Source of the DNA: Epiperipatus broadwayi
Lineage: Eukaryota; Animalia; Onychophora
Direction: 5' to 3'
Assembly (NCBI GenBank): GCA_028023455.1
Contig: JAQFVV010000010.1
Span: forward strand, 3,968,001-4,032,000
Length of the DNA: 64,000 nucleotides
Below, one piece after another: positions 42,151-55,385 of this stretch. Below the pieces are notes generated by a model that was not told where the DNA came from, made no database searches, and saw nothing but the letters and a program-made list of their open reading frames with translations. The position numbers were made by a program, and so were the translations under genes. Every line of letters begins with the position of its first letter. Within the stretch, counting starts at the first letter, position 1.

Positions 42151-42926
42151 TTGAGAGACCGTCATCATATAGTGAAATTGAAAATGGGTGAAAATGATGA
42201 CAATATGTAAAACACAAATTATATGTGACAAAACAATGCATGGGATTTTTTTTGAGATAATTAGTAATTAATGTGATGAATGTATTGTGGAATTAATATT
42301 AGTTTTGTTGTATCTATGTCTGTCAGTTTTCTTTCTAATCAATGTAGTTACTCATTCTTTTATTGATATATACATACATGGATCAAGATTAAGCTATATA
42401 GAGATATAACTTTATGTTAAAAATACTTTTTAATAAAATATAAACCAAAAGTATAAACTATTTAAATAGATATTTTAGAGTTTATGTACATCATATTAGC
42501 AGTATTTAAAGAAAATCGAACAAAATATCATTTATGACTTACTTGATATTGGACAAATGTGACTGAATTAAATAAAATTATGAATGGGTTTACAAATATA
42601 ATTATATAGATGCAATCCTGCTATCTGAATTGTAATGTAATTTTAAAAAGATTCTAGCTTGTAGTTTTAGCAAAGTAATTAAATTGTCAAGAAGTTATAG
42701 TATGAACAATAATAAATATAGATGATGATGTAATGATGATCTCAGGAGGAACACAGGAAGGCAATAGAGTAGAAAGGTGATCTGTAACATAAAAAGCAAA
42801 TAGAGTAGAAAGATAGGCTGTAAGAATATAGAACAACCTCAGGCACAGTATATGTGTTGAAAGAAATTGCATATAAACATATATTTGTACAAATATATAT
42901 ATAAAAATATGTTTTTATTTATTTAG

Positions 42927-43040
42927 ATGATGCCTCCCGGTGTGCCTATGCCTTTGCCAGATGCACGAGGACCTCCACCTAAAATGATGAATCGTAAAAT
43001 GTACCACCCTAGTCAAATAATGCATAAGCAACTCAGGACT
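42927..43040 (+). CDS. RBM25: 114-nt internal exon MMPPGVPMPLPDARGPPPKMMNRKMYHPSQIMHKQLRT, probable next RBM25-like exon
   Basis: tttttatttatttag|ATG...ACT|gtaagt; 38 codons, open, phase 0/0, compatible with exon 28710-28756; GC-rich and Pro/Met-rich in AT-rich surroundings. The gene identity is inferred from context. Confidence 0.6.
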
Positions 43041-44559
43041 GTAAGTTAATGTAAAAAATATATTATCTTTTATTTAAAGTTTAAGATATAGATTAAAAAA
43101 AAATTTTTTTTTCTTTAAAATTTCACAATTTCCTGTGATACTCCATTAATATTTATAAATATTTACATGATATAATGCGCTGTTGTTTTTTATTTAACTA
43201 GTATGGAAAGCTAATATTTCAAAAATATTGTATAATGATCATTTTCTGAAAAATAAACAGTGAGAGACTAAGAACCCATCACCAAAGTCTCTACTTTTAG
43301 GGTAAACCTCATTTTCAGCTGGTTCACTCTTTCAGCATTATCATTTACTATTAAGTAACAAAACTATTTATGATTACATACAATTTAATTTCCACATTCA
43401 AAATAGATTTAGAATGTATTTTTATATAAGCTACATTTCTTTTTACAACTTAATTCAAAATTGTTACATCTTATTAAATGTCAATGAGGAGATTCATTTT
43501 ACTTTATTTTTTATTATATATGATCATATTAATTATTTATGGTATTGTGTTAATGAAACAATTTGCATAACTTCAAGCATATTTTGCTAAGAAAATTAAT
43601 ACTACTATTAATAATTAAAATTATAAAATAAATATTTTTTAAAATCATTTCTTTTGTGTTTAATTACAATGTTTTAATTTTTATAGATAAGTTATAAAAT
43701 AAAATTTACATTTTTTTACTTTTTTGTAACAGTTTTATATTCATCATAAAAATTATTAAAATAGTATATAATAGCATCTGTAATTCATGATTACATAAGT
43801 AAAAGTAATAAATTCTAGTTGCTCAGTTACAAGTCTAATTAGTTTTTATAAATTATTGCATTAATAATATAGATATCATAAAAGCCCCCCCCCAAAAAAA
43901 AAAAATCAATTTAATAATAATAGATAGCGCTAATGATAAGTTTCAGCTATTTAGTTTACAAGTCTAATTATTTTTATGAATTATTATATAAATATATTGT
44001 TTTTCAGAATTAGCGATGTAAATTTATGACAGGCCTATTAAATAACAAATGTTTTTTCCCAACTATAATTGTGTCTTTTAAAAACATATGATTATGTCAG
44101 TTTGATGCCTAAATTTAATACTGGCAACATGGCTACCTTTTGTGAAGAAAGCATATGAAAAAATACTATCATACTAATATTGCCAAATTTTCAGAAGATA
44201 CAAATAATAATAACATATCAGAGGTCAATTGGGATGCCAATATCAAGCAAAATACAAATACGAGATTTCATAGGATCATAAAAGCATTGCATATCTAGAT
44301 CTTTTCATGGACAAAGCTTGAGAAACTAATGAAATCCCTCTAAAATATGGATTGACGAAAACTGCAGAATATTTCAAATAAATTTAATTCAGTTTTACCT
44401 AGGGAATTATTTAACTCCTTAAACTACTTTTTTATGATAGGTCTCTTATTTTACTTGTCACTGATACTGCATATTTATTACATATATTTTTGAGAGAAAT
44501 ATTATATGAAGCCTTCAGTACAAACAATATATGGAATTGCATTCTTTGAATACTTGATG

Positions 44560-45200
44560 ACCAAAATTACTGACACCTTATATTAGAATTTTATGTTACA
44601 ATGCAAAATAAAAAAAAACAAAAAATAATCGAAGTAATTACCAGAGTAATTTAATAATGCCTACTTAAATGACATGATAAATGATTTTAAAAAGCTAATA
44701 CAGACTCTGGTTTAACCAATATACCTTGGAAGATATACTAATCATTTGGAAATAGCTATGAATTTAAAATAAGGTTACATCCTCAAAATTTACAACACAA
44801 ATTACAGAAGCAACATTGTTAATATTTATTAGCAGAATTAAGTCTTAATATTTTTAGTATGGTTTCCACAGACATTTAGCAGTAAAACTATCACCAAAGC
44901 TCGATGCAATTGCTGTAACGTGATCATCACGCCCACACATCAATGCCCAACAGTTGAATCTCTGACTAAAGTTGTCATTACTTTTACAGAAAGGCAAAAC
45001 AATATAGAAATAAATAAAATACAATCTGACAAGGAACACAATAGTCATCACGAGAAAAAAGTGTAAGGATTACATTTCAAGTAATTTAATAATGTTGACT
45101 GTAATAAATAAAACATCAACAGAGATCAATGTGACACTTTCAGCAAAAAGAAAGTCTGGTCAGCCACCAAGAAAAGAAACATTGAAAGAAAAAGTAAAGT
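44560..45200 (+). mobile_element. Possible LINE ORF1/gag-like relic
   Basis: The frame near 44870-45060 reads KARCNCCNV...HQC, a zinc-knuckle-like pattern; weak. Confidence 0.25.
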
Positions 45201-45399
45201 GCACCACAAGACACCATTGTGATGTGGGACAATGATGGATTCACATCTCAAATTGATAATAATTGCAATATAACTTTATGATAACTTGAATACTGATGAA
45301 ATTAATACTGGAGTACTGAAAACCCCCCGTGTGCTACATATAGACTAACTGTCAGCAAATGTAAAATATAGAATGAGCCTCCCTTTACATTTAGCTTTG

Positions 45400-46190
45400 A
45401 TCATATATAAGCATAATTAATAAAAGAGAAATCCTGAATTTTATGTTTAACACCTATCTATTAAATCAATCTTCAATTAATAGATGTAAATATAACTTTT
45501 CTACATTTTAGATTTGCTGATGGTTAGTTTATATATGGCTCACTGAGGTTTTTCATTATTCCATTTAATTTCATTTACTATTTGAGCCATTAAAAAGTTA
45601 TATTTACAACTATTAATTGAGGATCGATTTAATATTTAGAGTGTGTTAAATATGAGGCTCAGCCTTTCCCTCGGATTAATTACAGTGAATTTTAAAATAA
45701 CTTATAGTTGTCTTGAAATTATATTAGTATATATAAATCACACTCTGCGTATAAGTACATAAATGGATATTATGCTTTTATACGATCAAAACTAAAGTAT
45801 AGGTGAGTTCATTCTCTATTTTGTGTTTTCTAATGGTTGGTTTACATATAGTTTACTGGGATTTTTTGGTAGTTCCTTAATATTTTAATCTATATTAGAG
45901 CTATTCAAAAGTTATATTTACTTCTATTAATTGAAGATCAATTTAATATTTAGAGGGTGTTAAATATGAAGTTCAGCCATTCCCTCTGGTTAGTTATAGT
46001 GATTTCAGGCTTTGTTATAGTTGTCATGAAATTAAGTTAGTATATGAAAATCATGCTTTGCATATAAGTATGTCAGTAAATGTTATGCTTATATACGATC
46101 AAAGCTAAATTGTAAGTAGGCTCATTCAACATTTTATGTTTGCTGACAGTTTATATATAACTCACTGGGAGTTTTCAGTACTTTTGTATT
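45400..46190. repeat. Diverged tandem duplication, unit about 315 bp, roughly 2.3 copies
   Basis: aaaagttatatttac...atacgatcaaa...cactggga recurs at about 45590 and 45905. Confidence 0.85.
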
Positions 46191-48419
46191 AATTTCATGA
46201 TAATAATTATATAGTTCTGATACTGTTACTTGTTAGCATTGTTCTAATACATTAACTTGCAATGATATATTGGCAACACAAGTAGGTAAATTAATATATC
46301 ATGAAGTCTATTATAAAAATAAATTTGAGAATATAGGTTAAGTAAATACATACTATCCATTCAATTGTTAAAACTTTTCCAAAGGCTTAGCAGGAAATAA
46401 GTACAACAGTTATACTCTATGCTTTTGTGGGGCACAAGATGATGTAATATTTTTGTCTTTGTGTTTGTTTGAAAAACATTATGTAAGATATGGAAGGTTT
46501 ACTTGAAGTATTTTTTTAACTTTGAGAGAAGAGCATCAAGATCCCTAACAAGTGCTTTAGGGGTCTTATTACTTTGAATATAAAATTTGATTATTGATAT
46601 AATTAATGTTTATAAATGAATCAAGCCTCTAGTGGATTTAAGAGAGTATTTATTTTCTGAAAATAAATATAGATTTCTGAGATGACTGCTTTTAGAGTAG
46701 AGGTTTTGAGAAGTAGCTTCACAGTACTATTGACATAGATTGATGGTTGATTAAGGATGTCGATTGCAAGTTTTACATTAAGATAATCAGAGTATGTTTT
46801 AGGTGAAAGAGCCTTATGTAAAAGTGAATATGAAGAGTAAAATAACAAATCAACAAGTGTTGAATATATATTTTTTTTTTGTATAGAAGGACATAGAATT
46901 ACTTAAGAAGGATCTCTGCACTCATGAGTTTCCTATTGTTGTGATGCATATATTTTCAGACAAATTTCTGCATATGATTTACTGAAATTCTGTTGTATAT
47001 GATTAATAATGTTATGTATTAATGAGGCTTTGTGATATAATGTAATTAGATTAATACTGAAAGCTGTGTGTTAGAAAATAATAGGGCACATAGTTTGGTC
47101 TATATACAGAATTTTAAAGGATTGCTGCAGCAGTGTTGGGTTGTTTTATATGAAAGTAATCAAACTTTTTTAAAAAAAATCTGTGCTATTAACAAAGTAC
47201 TCAGTTTCTTGATATACAATTTTATGAGGTGAAAACTAATCGATCTAATTTTTGTTTATGGGCATCCTGTTACATCAATCTCTGTTTTATCTAAGATCAT
47301 GGTCTTTTGTGAACAATATACTGTTGATTAAACTAAGTTGATAATATTAATTTATTCTAGAAGATAGACATATATTAGTAATAAATAATAAATATAACAA
47401 TCATATATAGTAATCAAACTGACATACTTTACTTATATAGAAAGAATTACTAATATTATCTGAAGAGATTTTTTTTCTTTTAGGAGTTCGCTTATTTCTA
47501 TCCACTTCTGCTAAAAGAAATAGTAGTAGTAGAAATATAGGGATGGATGGGTTTAAATTGGTTTTTAGTTTAATGATTAGAAATATGGGTTAAGATTCTT
47601 GACTGAAGTAAAAGATTGTCAATATGATTTTTTTTTTTTTTGATGATAACAGAGGTTTTATTTCAATGAAGACCTTTTTTAAATTTTTGATTAGATGAAA
47701 TTCTTCTCCACCCTCTGATGATGAGAGAGATGATAAGATAGATGTCCTTTATATCATCCAATTTTGGGTCACTAAAGTTTTTTACACAAAACATATGTTA
47801 TTAGAAGTTTTATTGCAGCAGACTGCTTCTTTTTATCATAGCCCTGATTATCGATACTGTTGTTAATGAGTGGAGTATCACAAATGTTAGATTGGAATCA
47901 TTATATATTGAAGAGATAGTTTTTTTTTTTTGAAGACTGGCGAGTCCCGATTTTTCCAAAACCACATTGTTTGCAGAAGTGATTCAAGAAGTTCTCTATG
48001 ATGTGAACTCAAGCTTTACATTAGAAGCAATATGGGGGTGAATGTGGGGATTTTCATTTAAAGTTTATATCAGTGGTGAGGAATCATTAGAGGGTAATAT
48101 AAATATATCCAATCTTTTTTTCAGTGTCATATTAAATACAACTGTCTTAATTAAACAAGTGCTGAAACCCTCTTTTCTAACAGGTATCTGATGCTGGAGA
48201 CTTTGCCATAATTGTTCTTTGTAGTAAATATGGCAGTTTTTAAAATTGACCTGCAAGGGTAATATTTCTATTAATATCTGTGTAATATTATTTTTCATTT
48301 AAAAACCAACTTTAGTTTTGAAAATTATTTTTCTGTGCAATGTTATGGAAATCTAAAAATTAAATAGCAATTATTTGGCTGATATAGAACCTTATATAGC
48401 ATCTTCCAGAGTTTCTTTT

Positions 48420-48595
48420 CTGTTAAAAGCTATAGAACTTATCTGTAGGAAATTTCATGTTGGTACCAATACAGTAGGTATTATCTTTCTCCCTCATTGT
48501 TTCAGCTTCTGTTTTTACTCACTAAATGGAGCTATCTGTGGGAAATTTCATAGTTGATATGTTGGTACCAGTATAGTAGGTATTATCTTTCTCCA
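48420..48595. repeat. Short diverged tandem duplication
   Basis: tatctgt.ggaaatttcat...gttggtacca.ta.agtaggtattatctttctcc occurs twice. Confidence 0.8.
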
Positions 48596-51500
48596 TCAGG
48601 GTATAAATAGTAAAGAAAAAGAAAAAAGGGGTGGTGGTACAGATGTTATATCAAAAAAAAATTTTAAATACGGTTAAATGTCAAGAACATTTGTGGTTTG
48701 AAATGAGATTGGGAAGACAAGAATGGATAGTGGATATAAGTTTATATAGCTACTGGAGATAGTCAAACTATAATGGAGTGGAACAGTAGCATATATGAAT
48801 GTCTAGTTAAGGATATACAGAGTTTTAAAGAAAAGGGGAAGAGAATAATGGTTATAGGGGATATGAATGGATGAAGAAATTGATGATATAGATAATAAGA
48901 ATGGACAGCTTTTAAAGAAATTTTGTCAGAGAGTGAATTTGAGCATTGGAAATTTATCAAATATTTATGAGGGAGAATACACATGGTCTAGAAATAATAT
49001 ATTCCAGATAATAGATTATGTATTGGTAAAGAAAGAGGGAATGAATAAAGTACAGAAAATTAAATTGTTTGATAATGAATAGAGAGTATGTAATAGTGAT
49101 CATAACTTTTTTGTAATAGAAATGGTTAGTAATGTGATGGAGAATAGAAATAAAAGTAGAAACAATAGTGAAAGATGTGGATGGAGACTGAATGATAAGA
49201 ATAAGTTGGAAGAGTATAAAATACAAGTTGAATAAGCCATGAAAGAGTTGGTTGAGTATGAGTATAAGGACTGGTGTGATGAAATAGAAAAAGTGGCAAA
49301 TAGGGTTTTAGGTGAGAATATTCAGAAGAATAAAAGTGAAAAAGAAAGGCAAAAAAGCATACAGAGAATATAAATGTTCTATTAAGAAGAAAAAGTGAAA
49401 AAGATATTAATGCTAAATGGGAAAAGTACTTAGAAAAGAAAAAGTTGGCTAAAATAGATAATTATAAAGAGAGAATGAAATTGAATAGTAAATTGTTGGA
49501 GGATATTAATAAAAGTGGTAGAGATGGGAGCAAAAAATTTTGGAATTACATTAAAAAGAGAAATGTAGGAGAGCAAGTGTACCTCTAGAGAAGAATTAGA
49601 GAGAATCTTAAATAGGTATATAATGGATATAGAAAAGATGTTAGATGTGAAGGGTCAGAATGATAGAAAACATGAAAGCATATATTAATGGGAATATTAG
49701 GTTTACAGAAAATGAACTGAATGAGGCAGGGAAGAAATTGAAATGTGGAAAGGCAAGTAGTTTAGATGGATGGGCAGCAAAGATTGTAATGAATTTAGGG
49801 CATAGGGCAAAAGTAAAGTTATTATCATGTTTTAATAAGATGGCACAGAAGAGAGTTTTTTTCAGGTAGTTGGATTAATATACAAGATTATTATTTAAAG
49901 GAAAGAATAAGGATCATAAAAAGTTAAACAATTGTAGACCGATAGCGGTAACATCAGTTTTATATAAAGTTTTTTCATATATGGTGGCTGGAAGAGGTGC
50001 AAAATGGATGGAAGAAAACAATGTAGTGGGGGAAATACAAGGAGGTTTTAGATCAGATAGGCGTATAGGACATAGTTTATTTGTAGTTACACAACTTATG
50101 GATATGAGTAGAAATTCAGGTAGATAGTTATGTATGAGGTTTATAGATATAGAGAAGGCATATGATAGAGTAAATAGAAATAGATTATGGGTAAGTTTAG
50201 CAAATTTGGCAATGGATGAAGTTTTAGTGGATATTATTAAGAAATTATATGAAAATAATTAGTATACATATCAATTAGGGGATATAGAATCAGTTAAAGT
50301 TAAAAATGGGATGGGACTAAGGCAAGGATGCCCTATGTCACCTATTTTGTTTTTCTTGTATTTGAATGGAGAGAGCAATAGAGAGATTAGGAAGAGGGAT
50401 AGAGATACTGTTAAAAGGTAGCAAGGGAGTATATACTTTGTCGGGTTTTTTTTTTTTTGTGGATGACGTCTTTTTGTGTGCAGAAAGAAGAGAAGATATG
50501 GAAGTTATGCTGATGACATGCAAGGGTGGGTAAAGAGATGGGGGATTAAATTTAGTGAAAAAAAATCAAATATAATGATTGTTAATTCAGGGGAAAGAGA
50601 AGATGAAGAATTTTTATTGGAGGATATAAAGTTAAGTGTGGTGAATAGATATAATTATTTGGGAATCATATTAAGTAATTAGAAAAATTGCTTTGGTGAA
50701 TGAAAGAAAAACTTGATAAATGAAGCAAGGAAAAGAAAGGGATTGATAAAGAAATTAACAGTGTTTTCGTATAATAAATATGATATAGCTAGAATTGTAT
50801 GGAAGGGAGTTGAAGTTGCAGGGTTAACATATGGCAATGATGCGTTATGTGTTAGTAAAGGTGTATTAGATTATTTAGAAAAAGCACAAAGGGAAATAGG
50901 AAGACATGTGTTAGATGCAGATGTGTGGACAGCAAAGGAGGCAATTCAAGGAGAAATGGGATGGTCAAGTTTTTATATGAGAGATGCAAAAAGCAAAATG
51001 AAAATGTTTGGTAGATTGCAGTTTATGGATAGTAAAAGAATATCCAAAGTATTTAATTGGGTTACGAGTAAAGGGCAGGCAACAAGATGAGTGAGAAAGA
51101 TAATGCGATATGCAGAACATTTGGATAAAGAATTTATATCAGTACACTTGTACAAAAGGTGGAATGGTTGTGTTAGGAGTATTGTTGAGGTTATAGTGGT
51201 AAGGAATGGGATAGAAGAATAATGCATTAATAAAGAATAGGGAGTTGGAGAGTTAGTATGGAGAGTAAAAAGAGTTTAAATGTATATGGAAGTAAACGGA
51301 ACATTGGGTGCGAGTTAATTTATGAGAATAGCAAGGAAAGTAGTTATTATTTGAGGCTCAAACGGGATTTTTAGCAACAAGGGACTATACATGCAAATGG
51401 GAAAATATGGGTTATTTAGTCTGCAAGTTGTGCTTAGGAAGGCATAGAAAATATTAGGCATCTGTTAATTCAATGTAAATGCCTGAAAGCAGAAATGGAA

Positions 51501-51754
51501 GATTAAATATGAACAAAGTGATTATACAGAAAGTGGGTTACTAGTTTTTATGCTGGGTTTGTGAAAAGATAAGATGAATTTAGATATGAAGGCCATGGAG
51601 TTGACCAAGATTTTGTTGTGGAAATGGGATGGAGCAGATTATGGGAAAACTTAGGGTGGGTAAATGGAAAGGGAAGATTCTCTGGGCATAGTTGCTGTGA
51701 GATTCCTGACTTCGTATAAGGAGAAGTCACAGTGCATCACATTGCATCACTATT
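48595..51754 (+). mobile_element. APE-type LINE copy A (clade uncertain)
   Basis: IDYVLV, FIDIEKAYDRVNR, GLRQGCP, YNYLGI, AIQGEMGWSSF and a C-terminal CKLC...HLLIQC relic; 3' end gcatcacattgcatcactatt. Confidence 0.85.
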
Positions 51755-53387
51755 ATGGGAAACTTATAAAGGAGGGTAGGGTTTAAATTGCAGTATTATC
51801 AAAAAGAAAAAGAATGGATGACATGAGATATAAATGTAGATGTGGAGAGGGAATGGGTCTGTAAAATTAACGATAAACAAGATGATTACAAATGTAATAG
51901 AGAAGAAATAGTCAAAAGAATTTATAAAAGGGTAGTAAGAAAAGAAGAAAATATTAAAATTGGATATTTGAATATGCAAGGTGGTGGGAGACCAGCAAAG
52001 TGGCTGGAATTAAACAAAGCACTTAAAATTGAAGAGCTTGAGATATTAGCAGTAGTGGAAATACATCCGAGAGAAAAACAACTTTTAATGGAAGACTTGG
52101 TATGGCAGGATGTAAATGGAAAAGAAAAAGAAAAAAGGACTGGTGGTGTAGGAGTTATATAAAAAAAATATTTACTGTTAAGTGTCACATTTGTGGTTTG
52201 AGATAAAGTTAGGAAGATAAGAATGGATGATGACGATAGTGTATATGGCTACTGGAGATAATCAAACTAATGGAGTGGAACAGCAGCATATATGAGTGTC
52301 TAGTTAAGGATATACAGAGTTTCAAGAAAAAGGGGATAAAATAATGGTTATAGGAAATATGAGTGAGCATATTGTAGAAATTGATGACTTGGTTAACAAA
52401 AATGGGCTTTTGAAAATTTTTTGGCAGAGAGTGAATTTGAGCATTGGAAATTTATCAAATATTTACGAGGGACAATACACATGATCTACATATAATTTTT
52501 TTCACACAATAGATTATGTATTAGTAGAGAAAGAAGGAATGAACAAAGTATGGAAAGTAGTGTTTTATAATGAAGAGACAGTATGTAATAGTAATTATAA
52601 TTTCTTTACAATAGAAATGGTTAGTAATGTGATGGAAAATAGTAATAAAAATAGAAAGGATAGTGAAAGACATGGATTGAGAATGAATGATAAAAATAAG
52701 TTAGAAGAATATAAAATAAAAGAAGAAATTATGGAAGAGTTTGTTGGGGATGTGGTAAATACGGTTTTAGGTGAGAATATTCAGAAGAATAAAAGTAATA
52801 GAAAAGTGAGAATTAGTAAAAGTGTAAAAGGTAGAAAAAAAGCATGCAGAGAATTTAAATATGCTATTAAGAAGAAAGAAAGTGAAAAAGATGTTAATGT
52901 TAAATGGGAAAACTATTTAAATAAAAAGTAGTTGACTAAAATAGTTAATTATATAGAGAGAATGAAATTAAATAATAAATTATTGGAGAATATCAACAAG
53001 AGTGGAAAAGGTAGAAGTAAAAAAAATTGGAATTATATTAAAAAAAGGAATGTTGGGGACAGTGAAATAATATTACTAGATCATGAGGAAAAAGAATGTA
53101 GCTCTAGAAAAGATTTAGAGACAATCTTAAATAAGTATGTAATGGAGATAGAAAAGATGTTAGATGTGAAGGATAGAGTTATAACAAAAATAAAAGTATA
53201 TAGTAATGGAAATGTTAGGTTTACAGAAAATGAATTGAATGAGCCAGGGAAGAAACTGAAAAATGGAAAAGCAAGAGGTTTAGATGGATGGACAGCAGAG
53301 ATGGTGATGAATTTAGGAAATAGGACAAAATTAAATCTATTATCATGTTTCAATAAGATGGCACAGAAAAGTGGTGATATCAGTGTT

Positions 53388-53487
53388 ATATAAAACTTTT
53401 GCATATGCAAAAGTTTTATATGGTGTGTGGAAGGATGGCAAAACTTTTGCATATGCAAAAGTTTTATATGGTGTGTGGAAGGATGGC
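53388..53487. repeat. 34-bp perfect palindrome inside an exact 48-bp tandem duplication
   Basis: atataaaacttttgcatatgcaaaagttttatat (53388-53421); units 53392-53439 and 53440-53487. Confidence 0.95.
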
Positions 53488-54663
53488 AAAATGGATGGAA
53501 GAAAATAATATAGTGAGAGAAATGCAAGGATGTTTTCGATCGGATAGGCATACAGGAGATAGTTTATTTGTAGTCCACAACTCATAGATATGAGTAGGAA
53601 TACAGCTAGACAGTTATATATGGTCTTTATAGATATAGAGCAGGCATATGATAGAGTAAATAGAAATAGATTGTGAATAAGTTTAGTAAATTTGGAAATA
53701 AATGGAGGTTTAGTGCATCTTATTAAGAGTTTGTATGAAAATAATTTCTATATGTATCAATTAGGAAATATAGAATCAGAATTAAAAGTGAGTGGTGTGG
53801 ACCCTATGTTATTTATTCTCTTTTTATATTTGAGAGAAATGGAGAAAGCAATAGACAAACTAGGAAGAGGGTAGAGATACCATTAACAGGTGGCAAGGGA
53901 GTGTGTATATTATCAGGTCTTATTTGCTGATGATATGTTCTTGGGCACAGAAAGTACGGAAGATATGAAAGTTATGCTGAAGACATGCGCAAGGCAGTTA
54001 AAGAGATGGGAATTACATTTAGTGAAGTAAAATCAAAAGTAATAATGATATGTGCTGTGGAAAGAGAAGAGAATTTTTATTGTGGGATATAAAGTTAAAT
54101 GTGGAGAATAGGTATAACTATTTGGGAATTACCTAATTAATGAGAGAAATTGCTTGCATGAATGGGAGAAAAAAAATTGGTAAATGAAGCGAAGAAAAGA
54201 AAGGGACTGATAACGAAATTAACAGTGTTTTCATATAATAAATATGATGTAGCTAGAATTGTATGGAAGGGAGTGATAGTAGCATTGTTAACTTATGGTA
54301 ATGATGGATTGTGCTAGTAAGGGGGTGTTAAATTACTTAGAAAAAGTACAAAGAGAAGTAGAAAGACATGCATTAGATGTAGATATGTTGTTGGAAAGGA
54401 GACAATTGAAGGAGAAATGGGATAGTCAAGTTTTTATATGAGAAATGCAAAAAGTAAATTGAAAATGTTCGGTACATTGCAATTTATGGATAACAAGAGA
54501 TAACCAAAATAGTATTTAATTGGGTTAAAAGGTGAGGCAACAAGATAGTATGGTATGCAGAAGATTTGGATAAAGACTTTTATGTCAGTGTATTTATACA
54601 AAAGGTGGAATGATTGTATTAGGAGATTAGTTGATTGTTATAGTGGCAAGGAATGAGATAGAA

Positions 54664-55385
54664 TAGGTTGTTGTGTACTTGAGCTCGTGTGGCCGCTTAT
54701 TGGCGTTATTGCTCGCAAAGGTAATGAAATATAACGTTACCGGGCCGATAATTTTTAGCTTTCTGAACTCCGACAATTTTTCCAAGTATTTTAAAATAAT
54801 TTATGAACCAACATTATTTTATAAATTCGCGCTGGCAGTGCAGGGAGGGTGTCCGATGGGGAAACAAGCTTTTAGTGCGTAGTGCTGGAATATGCGGGGG
54901 GGGGGGGATGATACATGCACTACTCTGAGCAATTATTAATCTCGTAGCTGTTCTCCTGCAAACATGCCTTTTCGCTTGACCTATGTCAAATGGTTATAGG
55001 ACCTACCCTTTTGCAATTGTTTTCATCTTCCAAGATGTGAAGGTAAATGTGGCGATTGGCTTACAATTATTAGTATGTAATAGTACGTCAGGTAAGTTGT
55101 AAGATTGTTACTTCGAATGCACATTAAAACACTTATGGCCAGTTGAATTCCATACCCCCTCACATCATATGGTAGCAATCTGTAAAGTGTGTGCTATTTC
55201 CATAGTGACATGAAGCACATCAGCGGGCCATAATATTTTGTGCAACGCCACCTAGGTCTGCTAACGGTTAATATGAGCAGAACTGTTCTATAGGCTGTAA
55301 GTTTAACCGCATAAACGGCATATTTCTGTGCTTTTGCAGAGAAATAACGCCATCAAGCTACCACATTAGCCCAAGTACACAACTA
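54664..55385 (+). mobile_element. Non-autonomous TIR element (family copy 3) inserted in LINE copy B
   Basis: About 50-bp imperfect TIRs ttgtgtactt...gcaaa. Interrupts the LINE relative to copy A. Candidate TSD tagaa / tcgaa. Confidence 0.8.

Noticed and set aside
47714-47745. CTGATGA motif
   Set aside because: No stem II, GAAA or UH elements follow.
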